The notes: generated by a model from the letters alone, not told the origin. A DNA stretch of 32,000 bases from Candidatus Thalassarchaeaceae archaeon (GCA_045568075.1 JBJLBP010000001.1:540001-572000), one strand, 5' to 3'. Counted from the stretch's first letter, positions 8,032 to 17,294 are shown. Numbers and translations: made by a program.

Positions 8032-11000
8032 TCACATATTGCGGCGGAACTTTCCACCGGTCTCAAACAAGGCCTGTGTGACTTGTCCAACACTGCAATA
8101 TTCGACGATATCCATCATCACTTCGAACAGGTTGCCGCCATCGCGAGCAACCTGTTTCAGCCGAGCAATTCCTTCCTCAGCCTTCGCCGCGTGCTCGGCC
8201 TTGAATGCCGCATTGCGCTCGATGACCATGCGCTTCTCTCCCTCATCCGAGCGTGTAACATCTACATCGAAAGCATCGGCTTCATCCGCCGATAGGCTTG
8301 CAGCATCTGGATTAATGAAAGTGTTCACGCCGACGATTGGCAGCTCTCCAGAGTGCTTTCGATGCTCGTAAACCATCGATTCATCCTGAATCCGGTTACG
8401 TTGGTAATTTACCTCCAAAGAGCCCAGCACTCCGCCGCGTCGATGCATTTCCTCGAAGACTCGCAGAATCTCCTCCTCGACGCGGTCGGTAAGCCAAGTT
8501 GACAGATGCGAGCCTTGCATCGGATTCTCATTAGCTAGCAATCCGTATTCCTTCGAGAGAATCATCTGGATTGCCATCGAATCGCGCACGGTCTCTTCGG
8601 TAGGAGTTCCAAAGGCCTCGTCACGCGAATTCGTATGCAGCGAGTTGGCATTGTCAGCCAGTGCGTAAAGCGCCTGCAGAGTGGTCCTGTAATCGTTGAA
8701 AGTGAATTCCTGAGCGTGCAGACTTCGCCCACTCGATTGAATGTGATATTTCAGTTGCTGACCGCGATGCCCAACACCGTAGATTTCTCTCATCGCAATT
8801 GACCAAATCCTCCGCGCGACCCGCCCGATTACAGCGTATTCAGGATCCATTCCATTCGAGAAGAACCAACTGAAATTGCGCAGGAATTTGTCGGGGTCGA
8901 GCCCACGGGCTCGGAACAATTCGACGTAAGTCAGGCCATTGCTCAGCGTCAGCGCAGCTTGTGTGATTGGGTTCGCTCCGGCTTCGGCGATGTGGTAGCC
9001 CGAGATAGATACGAAGTAGTGGTTACGAACATTGTTTTGAACATAGAATTCGGCGACATCACCCATCATTCTGAGAGCTGTATCGAGATTGAAGACCAGA
9101 GTGTTTTGTCCCATCGATTCCTTGAGTTGATCGGCTTGCACTGTGCCGCGTACCGTGCTCAACGCCTTCGCCTTAATCTCCGCCTTCTCCGCCTCATTTG
9201 GTGGCCGTCCGTTCTCGCTTTCGAATAAGCGGTTTTGCTGCCTTATCGCGACGTTGAAGAAAGCAGCCAAGTGCCACCAATAATTGCCATTGATGGTCTT
9301 CGATGTGGAAGTGTTCGGAGCACACAAATCAAAGCCTTCGAAGAGCATTTCCATCTCGTCAACCGTTGAAATGCTGACTCCTGATTCGCAGACCTTTCCG
9401 AAGATGTCGAGCCGGGTCTGCGGGTCTCTTCCATAGAGTGAAGGTGAGTCGAAGGCCGTGCTGAGTCGGTTGAATGGCTGGCCTTCGGAGAGGAAATGAA
9501 AGCGCTTATTGGTGCGCTCGGCGCTACCTTCACCAGCAAACATTCTGATCGGAGTTTCATCCTCGCGCTTGAATGGAAATACACCTGCTGTGAATGGGAA
9601 TGCACCGGGGACGTTTTCGGAACGAATCCACTCCATTTTTTCACCCCAATCTTGGGTGTCCGGGAGTGCTACTCTAGGCATGTCTAGACCGCTGAGCGTT
9701 TCGGTTGTGGTCTCCACTGGAATCTCTTTGCCTCGAACAGTGTACGATGCTTGTCCTGAGCGGTAGGCTTGGGCTCGCTCGTCGAACTCACTGAGAATTT
9801 CCCAAGCGCTCTCTGGGACTCGCTTGCGGATTTCTTCTGCTTCGGCTGTGAGGTCGGCTGCCGAGGTAAGTCGGTTGGATTTGCGCATTTGATTCGCTGC
9901 TGCTTCCAGTTGCTGGACGAGGCGCACATTGCGAGATGCTTCTTGCGTGCGGGAGTGATAATCTCTGACCGAGGCTGCAACTTCTGCGAGGTAGCCTTGG
10001 CGCTCAGGCGGGATTGGTGCTGATCGGTGGGGAAGACCGTCCACACCGAGGCGGGCCTCAGTTGCTTGGAAAGATTGGTCGTGATTATCGTTTAGGAGTG
10101 TTGCTAACTTCTGCCAAAGCTGGTCTACTCCCGCATCTGCGAATTGGCTTGCAATTGTCGGAATTACAGGGAGGTCCTCGTTCTTGGCGTCCCACATCTC
10201 TCGGTTGCGCTTGAATTGCTTGCGAATTTCTGTGAGTGCATCCTCGGCTCCGGGGCGGTCGAATTTGTTGAGGACTACGAGGTCTGCGAAGTCGAGGGCA
10301 GCTAATTTCTCGAGTTGAGATGGGGCTCCATACTCTCTTGTTGTGACATATATCGAGAGGTCTGCTACCTCGGTAATGGCATCGTTGCCTTGGCCTATGC
10401 CGCTGGTTTCTACGATAACCAGGTCGAAGCCAACCGCCTGGCAGGCTTCGATTGCGCGGTCGATGCAATTTGCGATCTCTCGACCGCTTGCTCGGCTTGC
10501 GAATGAACGCATGAACAGGTTTTCATCGGCTAGGCTGTTCATTCGGATTCTGTCGCCGAGTAGGGCTCCACCAGTTCTCTTGCGGGTTGGGTCGGTTGCG
10601 AGTAGAGCAACCTTTGCTCCGGGATTATCACGTTGGATTCTGAGCATCAGTTCGTCGGTTAGGCTTGACTTCCCTGCTCCGCCGGTTCCAGTCAATCCGA
10701 CAACAGGGCAACCCTCGCCTTCCTTGATTGTCCGAACGCGCTTGAGTGCGGCTCGGAATTTGTCATCTTCTGCGTTTTCGGCGAGGGTGAGTAACTTCGC
10801 TACCTCTCCGTGCTGGTTCGCTGAAATTGGTCCTGAGAGAGATTTGAAGCGAGCGGAATCGAGAAGGTCGATACCACTCGCTTCCTCTATGGCATCACCG
10901 ACCATTCCGGTCAAGCCCATCTCTCGCCCATCGTCGGGGGAGTAGATTCGGGCGATGCCTTCATCTCGAAGCTTCTTGATTTCCCATGGCAGTATTGTTC

Positions 11001-11337
11001 CACCACCACCGCCACAAAGGAAGATATGGTCGAATCCTGCCTCGTCGAGAATTTCCTTAGTGTGAGTGAACATCTCGACCGCTCCGCCCTGATATGACGT
11101 AATCGCAATGGCATGAGCATCCTCTTGAATCGCCGCTCGAGCCACCTCGTCGGCGCCTCGGTCGTGACCGAGGTGAATGACTTCACAACCCATCGATTGG
11201 AAGATTCGACGGAAGATTCCGATTGCCGCATCGTGACCGTCGAAGATCGCCGCTGCGGTAACCACACGCAGCGGCGTAGTGGACTTGGCTCCCGCCTTCT
11301 CCGAAGGCGAATCTCCGGCCTGAACCTCGCTCGCCAT
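8032..11337 (-). CDS. icmF: Fused B12-dependent acyl-CoA mutase with internal MeaB-like G-protein (IcmF-type isobutyryl-CoA mutase fused)
   Basis: Domain order: N-terminal B12-binding domain (FDGHDAAIG, DxHxxG); G-protein P-loop GLTGTGGAGKSSL plus NKFD; C-terminal mutase barrel (FPFTAGVFPFKR...RMFAGEG..ERTNKRFHFL...RLSTAFDSPSLYGRDP). ATG 11337 is preferred over TTG 11361. Confidence 0.85.
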   Translation of the reverse strand: MASEVQAGDSPSEKAGAKSTTPLRVVTAAAIFDGHDAAIGIFRRIFQSMGCEVIHLGHDRGADEVARAAIQEDAHAIAITSYQGGAVEMFTHTKEILDEAGFDHIFLCGGGGGTILPWEIKKLRDEGIARIYSPDDGREMGLTGMVGDAIEEASGIDLLDSARFKSLSGPISANQHGEVAKLLTLAENAEDDKFRAALKRVRTIKEGEGCPVVGLTGTGGAGKSSLTDELMLRIQRDNPGAKVALLATDPTRKRTGGALLGDRIRMNSLADENLFMRSFASRASGREIANCIDRAIEACQAVGFDLVIVETSGIGQGNDAITEVADLSIYVTTREYGAPSQLEKLAALDFADLVVLNKFDRPGAEDALTEIRKQFKRNREMWDAKNEDLPVIPTIASQFADAGVDQLWQKLATLLNDNHDQSFQATEARLGVDGLPHRSAPIPPERQGYLAEVAASVRDYHSRTQEASRNVRLVQQLEAAANQMRKSNRLTSAADLTAEAEEIRKRVPESAWEILSEFDERAQAYRSGQASYTVRGKEIPVETTTETLSGLDMPRVALPDTQDWGEKMEWIRSENVPGAFPFTAGVFPFKREDETPIRMFAGEGSAERTNKRFHFLSEGQPFNRLSTAFDSPSLYGRDPQTRLDIFGKVCESGVSISTVDEMEMLFEGFDLCAPNTSTSKTINGNYWWHLAAFFNVAIRQQNRLFESENGRPPNEAEKAEIKAKALSTVRGTVQADQLKESMGQNTLVFNLDTALRMMGDVAEFYVQNNVRNHYFVSISGYHIAEAGANPITQAALTLSNGLTYVELFRARGLDPDKFLRNFSWFFSNGMDPEYAVIGRVARRIWSIAMREIYGVGHRGQQLKYHIQSSGRSLHAQEFTFNDYRTTLQALYALADNANSLHTNSRDEAFGTPTEETVRDSMAIQMILSKEYGLLANENPMQGSHLSTWLTDRVEEEILRVFEEMHRRGGVLGSLEVNYQRNRIQDESMVYEHRKHSGELPIVGVNTFINPDAASLSADEADAFDVDVTRSDEGEKRMVIERNAAFKAEHAAKAEEGIARLKQVARDGGNLFEVMMDIVEYCSVGQVTQALFETGGKFRRNM

Positions 11338-11444
11338 ACAACTGCGACCCAAGAGTCGCAAATGAAGGCGACGACGCTATTCAATCTCTGATTATACCTC
11401 AATGACGGGTGAGTATTGAAGATAAGAGGCACACTCGGTAATCC

Positions 11445-11909
11445 ATGGCAGACACGAATGCGCCGCATTACTGCCCTCGTGATGGCTCTCTCCTCATACC
11501 CCCAGAAGCGTCTAACCGCTCGGCCTCCGCACGTCATGGGATGCACCATTGTGACACCTGTGCGGGTATGCTCCTCAACGCAGAAGCCGCGCAATCCACT
11601 TTCTGTGCAAATAAACTCGAGGAGATGCATAATGGATTCATCACCGAGGGAACTCCAGTTGACATTGATTGCCCATTCTGCGATGCCCAGATGCGTGTGA
11701 GAAATTTCTCTTTCCAGCGTATCGACGGCAGCCTAACTGATCCGATTGAAATCGACGGCTGTCCCAACTGCACTTCGTTTTGGTTAGATGCGGGCGAATT
11801 ACACAGACTGTCACCGCCCGAGAATGGCGGGCGAACTGCTCGCGTCGAAGCCAATACGCTCGCCGTGGTACTGGAGATTCTCTTCCAACTGCCAATTGTC
11901 TTACTCTGA
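11445..11909 (+). CDS. Double zinc-ribbon protein (two TFIIB-type/zf-TFIIB-like CxxC...CxxC modules)
   Basis: CPRDGSLL...CDTCAGMLL and CPFCDAQM...CPNCTSFWLDAGELHRL. Hydrophobic C-terminal tail. Confidence 0.6.
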   Translation: MADTNAPHYCPRDGSLLIPPEASNRSASARHGMHHCDTCAGMLLNAEAAQSTFCANKLEEMHNGFITEGTPVDIDCPFCDAQMRVRNFSFQRIDGSLTDPIEIDGCPNCTSFWLDAGELHRLSPPENGGRTARVEANTLAVVLEILFQLPIVLL

Positions 11910-11921
11910 CCGACCAAGGGT

Positions 11922-12548
11922 TCACAGAACGTCCATGGCAAGAAGTGCGGCGAAGAAGAACATCAGAAGCCCCATTGCTCCATCAATCAAATGAGCCCGA
12001 GCCCGCAACTTGTCGATTGCTCCAGTATCAGAAAGCACAGCAGCCACACTGACGTACCAAGTCCCATCGATTACCAATCCGAGCGCACCCATTCCAATCA
12101 ATGTCTGAGTGCTGGCACCTGGCTCAATGAAGGGCGCGTAAATCGCCATCATCCAAGCCAAAATCTTCGGATTGAACAATGCGATTAGAAATCCTTGCAC
12201 AAATCCAGCCCGGTCATTTTTCTCATGCTCGTCAGCCCCCATATTTTCGGTTGAAGGCCCGGCTCGAGCATGTCTCAGAAAAACTAACCCGAGATAGATC
12301 AACAATAGCATCCCTCCCCACCGAAGAACCTCCTCAGTAGCAGGGTGAGCAGCCAGCGCAATCGACAAGCCAGCAGCTGTTGAAAATGCGTAAATTCCGA
12401 AGCCAATCCCGTGACCAATCCCAGTAGCAATTCCCATCCGCTTGCCACCATTCATCGTATTTCGAATCACAACGGCAATCGATGGCCCGGGGGACATCGC
12501 CCCCAGAACTAGAACCGTAGCAAGACCCAACCACGCCTCAGGAGTCAA
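11922..12548 (-). CDS. LysE/RhtB-family amino-acid exporter
   Basis: N-terminal LGAMSPGPS motif and about 6 TM segments. TTG start, 33 nt downstream of the acyl-CoA synthetase stop. Confidence 0.75.
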   Translation of the reverse strand: MTPEAWLGLATVLVLGAMSPGPSIAVVIRNTMNGGKRMGIATGIGHGIGFGIYAFSTAAGLSIALAAHPATEEVLRWGGMLLLIYLGLVFLRHARAGPSTENMGADEHEKNDRAGFVQGFLIALFNPKILAWMMAIYAPFIEPGASTQTLIGMGALGLVIDGTWYVSVAAVLSDTGAIDKLRARAHLIDGAMGLLMFFFAALLAMDVL

Positions 12549-12581
12549 TTCGAGCCCCCCCGAGTACAGCCTTCCAAGCCC

Positions 12582-14381
12582 TCAAGCATCGGCATACATG
12601 TCTTCGATTTCGGACGCCCAGTTCTCGCGGATTTGCTTCCTGCGAATCTTCAGCGTCGGCGTCAATTCGCCATGGTCGACGCTGAGGTCACGGGGGAGCA
12701 CTGTGAACTTCTTGACCTGCTCGGGGTTGCTGAACTTCTGGTTCAACTGCGCCACTGCAGCAACGAGCTCGTTATGCGCGGCACTTCCAACAGAGGTGTA
12801 CTCGGAAAGGTCGTGGCCTAACTCGGCCAACTTGGCCAACTGCTCATTCGGGTCTTTGGGGACCTCGGTAGCCCCGTCGAGGCCATGGACGTCACGCAGA
12901 ATCGCTCCGACATCAAGGGTGAGCAGAGCGCTGCAGTACTTGCGGTTGTCACCGATCAGCATGCACTGCGAGACCATTGGGATACTCTTCATCGTCTCCT
13001 CGATTACCAAGGGCGCGATGTTCTTGCCGGCCGAGGAGACGTAGATCTCCTTGAGGCGGCCGGTGACATAGACGTAGCCGTCCGAATCAATCCTACCGAG
13101 GTCGCCGGACTTGAGCCAGCCGTCCTCAGTCATCGTTTCGGCGGTGGCCTCCGGGTCGCGGTAGTAGCCAGCCATGATGTGGCGCCCGTTGAACTGGATC
13201 TCACCATCCCCCTTCTCGTTAGGCTTCTCGATTCTGAGACCGCTTCCCTCGAAGGGCTTGCCTACACTACCAATCCTGTTGTTTTTGTCATAGTTTAGAG
13301 TCGCACCAGCTGTGGTCTCAGTCATACCGTAGCCCTCGAAGAGGGGCACGCCGAGCTTGTGGAACAGGTGCAGAATATCTTGGTTTATGGGAGCGGCACC
13401 TGTGATGGCGTACTTGACATTGGACATTCCAATCTTCGCCTTCGCCTTATTCTTGATGATACCACCAATGCCTGGGAGACTTAGCAAAAATGAGGGTGGG
13501 AGGCCGGCTACAAGGTTGCTGTACACCTTCTCGTAGATTCTAGGAACTCCAATGAACAGGTGAGGCTGAACCTCCTTGCAGTAGTCAATCGAGTGTAGAG
13601 GACTGTCGACTACGCGCATGTGGATTGCATCTCTAATCCACAGATGGTTATCAGCGACTTGGCCGAACACGTGCGCGCAGGGCAACCATGAGACGTACCC
13701 GTCGCCCTGGTCGTAAGAGGTAATCTTGTGTACGCACTCCAACTCGTAGTCGAAGTTGTCGTGGGTCAAGACCACGCCCTTCGGGTTACCGGTGGTGCCT
13801 GAGGTGTAGATTAGCGCGGCGGTGTCGGACGGCTTGATGCTCGCGATGCTCTCCGTCACAGCCGACTCGGGGATATCTGCACCCCTGGACATGAAGTCGG
13901 TCCAGGTCATGGCGCTCGGGTGATCGATAGCATCCATCCCGGCCATTGAGACTACCGCCTCGACCTTGTCGAGCGATCCCATCGTGGCTTGCAGCCTGTG
14001 AGAGCACATCTTGCTTGGGTCGCCACCGTCCATCGGATTGGTCCCGACGAACACTACCTTGGAGTCTGAGTTGCCTACGACCCACTCTACCTCTTCGGGT
14101 GAGCAGGTGTGGTAGACGCCGACGGCGGCACCGTTGCACATGTTGGCAGCCGCGTATGCAGCGTACCACTCCATGCGGTTGTATGAGTAGATACTCAGGT
14201 TGTCTCCGGCTTCGAATCCCATGGCCATCAGGGACTTGGCGACCCTCATGGTAGTATCACAGAATTCGGCCCAGGTCATGTTGACCCAGTTTCCATTCGC
14301 GTCCTTCCAGGATATCGCGTTCTCGTTGGCGTATTTCTCGGCGTTTGAAATCAGGTACTCGGGCGTGGTCATCGCTGACAT
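12582..14381 (-). CDS. Long-chain acyl-CoA synthetase (AMP-forming, ANL superfamily)
   Basis: AMP-binding motif LIYTSGTTGNPKGVVLTHDN, plus EGYGMTET and GWLKSGDLG motifs. Confidence 0.85.
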   Translation of the reverse strand: MSAMTTPEYLISNAEKYANENAISWKDANGNWVNMTWAEFCDTTMRVAKSLMAMGFEAGDNLSIYSYNRMEWYAAYAAANMCNGAAVGVYHTCSPEEVEWVVGNSDSKVVFVGTNPMDGGDPSKMCSHRLQATMGSLDKVEAVVSMAGMDAIDHPSAMTWTDFMSRGADIPESAVTESIASIKPSDTAALIYTSGTTGNPKGVVLTHDNFDYELECVHKITSYDQGDGYVSWLPCAHVFGQVADNHLWIRDAIHMRVVDSPLHSIDYCKEVQPHLFIGVPRIYEKVYSNLVAGLPPSFLLSLPGIGGIIKNKAKAKIGMSNVKYAITGAAPINQDILHLFHKLGVPLFEGYGMTETTAGATLNYDKNNRIGSVGKPFEGSGLRIEKPNEKGDGEIQFNGRHIMAGYYRDPEATAETMTEDGWLKSGDLGRIDSDGYVYVTGRLKEIYVSSAGKNIAPLVIEETMKSIPMVSQCMLIGDNRKYCSALLTLDVGAILRDVHGLDGATEVPKDPNEQLAKLAELGHDLSEYTSVGSAAHNELVAAVAQLNQKFSNPEQVKKFTVLPRDLSVDHGELTPTLKIRRKQIRENWASEIEDMYADA

Positions 14382-14420
14382 AACTATTCACAGAACGTCT
14401 GCCGGCTTAACTTTTTACTA

Positions 14421-14445
14421 GTCCAAAAGGGGCTATTTTTCGGAC
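14421..14445 (-). terminator. Hairpin (8-bp stem including one G-U) ending in a T-run, downstream of the SMUG-like gene
   Basis: Minus strand reads GTCCGAAAAatagccccTTTTGGAC. It is followed by AGTAAAAAGTTAA (14407-14419), a TATA-like box about 32 nt upstream of the acyl-CoA synthetase ATG. Confidence 0.3.
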
Positions 14446-14447
14446 TC

Positions 14448-15179
14448 TCAGGGTAGCACTGCTCGAACATTGGCCCGCCAGTCAGCGCCGCCATTGCGGT
14501 TGGCCAAAGGCGAGGCTGGTGACGGGTGCCAGCAGGTTGTGACTTCAACATCGGTTTCAGCGAGCGCCGCGGCGGCTCGCTTCTCAGAGAATCGGCCGAC
14601 GCCGATGACTCTCTCGATGCCGAGGATATCGACCACCTCGCGGAGGTGGTCGTCGCACCGTTCGAGCAGGGCGTGAGCAGTGGGTCCAGTGATTTTGTCG
14701 GGTGTGATATTTGTTGCACGTTCACCCGAGAAAAGCATCAGTGGGCAATGATTCACGATGAAGACGCGCTGGAAAATTGACTCGGCATCGCCATAGTGGT
14801 CTGCGAGAAGGCCCCAGAGGCGAGTGCCACTGACTTCCTCCTTTGGCCAATCCAGCCCGGTTACGGATCGCTTGGGATGCGGGTTCCGCGGCTGACCAAC
14901 AGGTAGGTCGCGAATCCCGAGAAGGTCTCGTACCACACTGGTCGCAGCAAATGGAATTCCCATTTGCCCCATCCCGTGCGGTCCGGGATTCATGCCTAGA
15001 AGCAGTGTTTTCGCACCGCCACCAGCCGCCATTTCGACAAAGGTGCGATGCGGTTCCCAAGCGTATGCGAGAGGATTGTACACAGCATCCACCGAACCTT
15101 CGGCGACGAGGGCGTCGGCGAAGTTTTCGACATCGTCGCGCAGGCGAGCCGAAGCCTCGACCATCTGCGTGACGACCAT
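14448..15179 (-). CDS. SMUG1-family (family 3) uracil-DNA glycosylase
   Basis: Collinear SMUG1 signatures: NPLAYAWEPHR, LLLGMNPGPHGMGQMGIPF, HPKR...EVSG.RLW, NHCPLMLF and WHPSPASP. Confidence 0.85.
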   Translation of the reverse strand: MVVTQMVEASARLRDDVENFADALVAEGSVDAVYNPLAYAWEPHRTFVEMAAGGGAKTLLLGMNPGPHGMGQMGIPFAATSVVRDLLGIRDLPVGQPRNPHPKRSVTGLDWPKEEVSGTRLWGLLADHYGDAESIFQRVFIVNHCPLMLFSGERATNITPDKITGPTAHALLERCDDHLREVVDILGIERVIGVGRFSEKRAAAALAETDVEVTTCWHPSPASPLANRNGGADWRANVRAVLP

Positions 15180-15187
15180 CCATTCAC

Positions 15188-15736
15188 CTACTGCTTCACA
15201 TCGCCAACCATCGCACCCGCGATGCGTTGCAATTCATCAGGTGCGATTGGAAATACGGTCTTCGCCGACCCACCTGCTCCCCAGACCGTTTCATACTGGA
15301 ATAGATCCTCATCCATGAGTACGGTGCAGGGTTTGAGGTGACCGAAGGGGGGTACCCCACCGGGAGAGTAGCCAGTACTCTCGAGAATGTAATCAGCATC
15401 GGTCATACTCGGTTTGTAACCCAAGAGCCGCTTCAATTTTCGCTTACGCTCCACTCGATTAGCTCCGCTGGTGATGACTACAATCGCGCCTTCTTGACCA
15501 GCGAAAACAATCGATTTGGCAATATGAGCAACCTCGCAACCGAGTTGGTCCGCAGCATCTTGGCTAGTCCGAGTACCATCTTCGTAGAGATGAGTATCGG
15601 GCTCATATCCTAGATTCTTGCACTGGGTAAGCCACAACTCGTGCCCATCCATAAAATCCGATGCCCGCCTTCTGACTTCATCATTGGGGAGTGGCATTGA
15701 AGCGGTCGAATCTGAATCAGAGGAGTGATGACGCAC
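15188..15736 (-). CDS. YbaK/ProX-type aminoacyl-tRNA trans-editing (deacylase) domain protein
   Basis: HIAKSIVFAG...VVITSGANRVERKRKLKRLLG...TGYSPGGVPPFGH...VLMDEDL pattern. Its stop lies 8 nt before the SMUG ATG, with a GGTGA SD in the gap. Confidence 0.7.
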   Translation of the reverse strand: MRHHSSDSDSTASMPLPNDEVRRRASDFMDGHELWLTQCKNLGYEPDTHLYEDGTRTSQDAADQLGCEVAHIAKSIVFAGQEGAIVVITSGANRVERKRKLKRLLGYKPSMTDADYILESTGYSPGGVPPFGHLKPCTVLMDEDLFQYETVWGAGGSAKTVFPIAPDELQRIAGAMVGDVKQ

Positions 15737-15794
15737 TGCATGCGTTACCTCTCTCCCGCATGATTCATCAGTAAATTGCCATCCAACTAGCCGT

Positions 15795-17252
15795 ATGGAG
15801 TGGCCACCCGGGCCGTATGAGTACGCGATGTTCGCGTTACTCGTGATGACAATCCCGATTCAGAGATTTCTAACTCGCGACGAGGTACACATGCGTGTCC
15901 CGCTACGTGGTTTACTTGATGAAATCCGAGACAAGGGATACTGGTGGCACATCGGATTGTATGGTGCCATGTTTCTCTACAAGGCATTAATAGATCATCA
16001 CAATGAACCTATGAAGGCACGAGTGGGGGGTTTTACTCATTGGATTCACGACATCGAAGGTGACTGGACTCTTTGGGTACAGGAGACCTTCTACAACGAC
16101 TTACTGACCGACCTTTTGAGCGCCCATTATCTGTTCATGTATCTCTTCATGATCTGGTTCTCTCCGATGTATTACATTCTATCTAGAGACGAGGTAATGG
16201 CGGACAAGGCGGCTCTGAATTACTTCGTGATTTATCTTCTAGCAGTACCTCTCTATTTGTTCTTCAATGTCGAAGTAACGAGTAGTTTCATCCCAGGAGT
16301 TGATGCGCTACTCTATCATGATGATTTCACTTTGAACTTCTTTACCACACATGACCCTATGGATAATGCTGTACCAAGTCTTCACATTGGTCTGCCAATT
16401 TCTTTGTTGATTCTGAATCGATTGCATTGTCGCAGTCAAGGCATAGATATCAGAGAATGGCGCCACCGAGAGTTTGACCTCTTCGTGATGGTTAATGTTG
16501 TAATTTACACATTTTCAATCCAGTATCTAGGAATCCATTGGATAGTTGATATTCTTCCAGGAATAGCTCTTGCAATTGTCTGTGCATCGTTCTGTCACGC
16601 AGTCCAGCCTGTGGTGCGATCAACATCTCTGCGAGATTGGCGAAAGTTACTACCAGATCGGAGCCAATCGATTTTCGCAGCTGTCTGTGTATTGTTGTTC
16701 AGCGGTGTGCTAGTAATCGGAGCAATCGACGGCCCTGGTGTCGATGAAGATGTTCCAAACTATCGCTTTGGGGTAGGGGATGTGAATGTAGAGACTGTCG
16801 AGGTTCATTCACTCTGGGATCCTGTGACGGTTGAGGTGTCTAATGTTGGCGACTCTACCGTTGAGGTTCTACTAATCAAACGGAAGTTTGTTGAGCCTCA
16901 TGCACAACAAGGTACTTTCGATTGGGATGCAATACTCGAGGATGGTACTCCAGATGTTGTTGTGCTTTTTCCCACTGGATATCCGGACCGTCGTAATTCA
17001 ACTGAATTTGAGGTCATGCCCGAAAGCCTCTTCGATGTACATCTTATTCTGATGCGAGTTCACGCCCAACAGGACCAACATAACACAAACACAGATCCTA
17101 GTGCTATTGGAGAGTTACGAATAACACCCCATTATGTTGATGATGAGTTGATGTGGAGCGCATTTTTGGCCAGTTGGCCGGCCTTCATTATCTTCGGTAT
17201 ATCTCTTGAAGGCCTCTTGTACCGGTCTAAGGATGCGACTGCAACTCTGTGA
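15795..17252 (+). CDS. Polytopic membrane protein: PAP2_3 (IPC-synthase/sphingomyelin-synthase-like phosphotransferase) domain fused to a beta-rich extracytoplasmic domain and a C-terminal TM anchor
   Basis: PAP2 C2/C3-like motifs AVPSLHIGLP and GIHWIVDILPG (HxxxD). After TM IFAAVCVLLFSGVLVIGAI comes a soluble segment of about 150 aa, then TM WPAFIIFGISLEGLLY. Confidence 0.6.
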   Translation: MEWPPGPYEYAMFALLVMTIPIQRFLTRDEVHMRVPLRGLLDEIRDKGYWWHIGLYGAMFLYKALIDHHNEPMKARVGGFTHWIHDIEGDWTLWVQETFYNDLLTDLLSAHYLFMYLFMIWFSPMYYILSRDEVMADKAALNYFVIYLLAVPLYLFFNVEVTSSFIPGVDALLYHDDFTLNFFTTHDPMDNAVPSLHIGLPISLLILNRLHCRSQGIDIREWRHREFDLFVMVNVVIYTFSIQYLGIHWIVDILPGIALAIVCASFCHAVQPVVRSTSLRDWRKLLPDRSQSIFAAVCVLLFSGVLVIGAIDGPGVDEDVPNYRFGVGDVNVETVEVHSLWDPVTVEVSNVGDSTVEVLLIKRKFVEPHAQQGTFDWDAILEDGTPDVVVLFPTGYPDRRNSTEFEVMPESLFDVHLILMRVHAQQDQHNTNTDPSAIGELRITPHYVDDELMWSAFLASWPAFIIFGISLEGLLYRSKDATATL

Positions 17253-17294
17253 TTCAACACAGAACAGAGTCCTCGAGAACACAGCCTGTATCTT

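Noticed and set aside
11338-11444. Cobalamin riboswitch upstream of the B12-dependent icmF.
   Set aside because: The gap is only about 107 nt. It has no B12-box-like element and only a 5-bp hairpin (GCGAC-ccaaga-GTCGC).
495-15183. Many long ORFs in the six-frame track lying antisense to or nested within recognised genes (for example 495..719, 729..1247, 1431..1751, 1915..2229, 8039..8371, 10343..10945, 10911..11630, 12442..13044, 13786..14169, 14722..15183).
   Set aside because: Each is fully overlapped by an opposite-strand or other-frame gene with strong family motifs. Their products are low-complexity, R/S/P-rich sequences typical of shadow ORFs in moderately GC-rich DNA.
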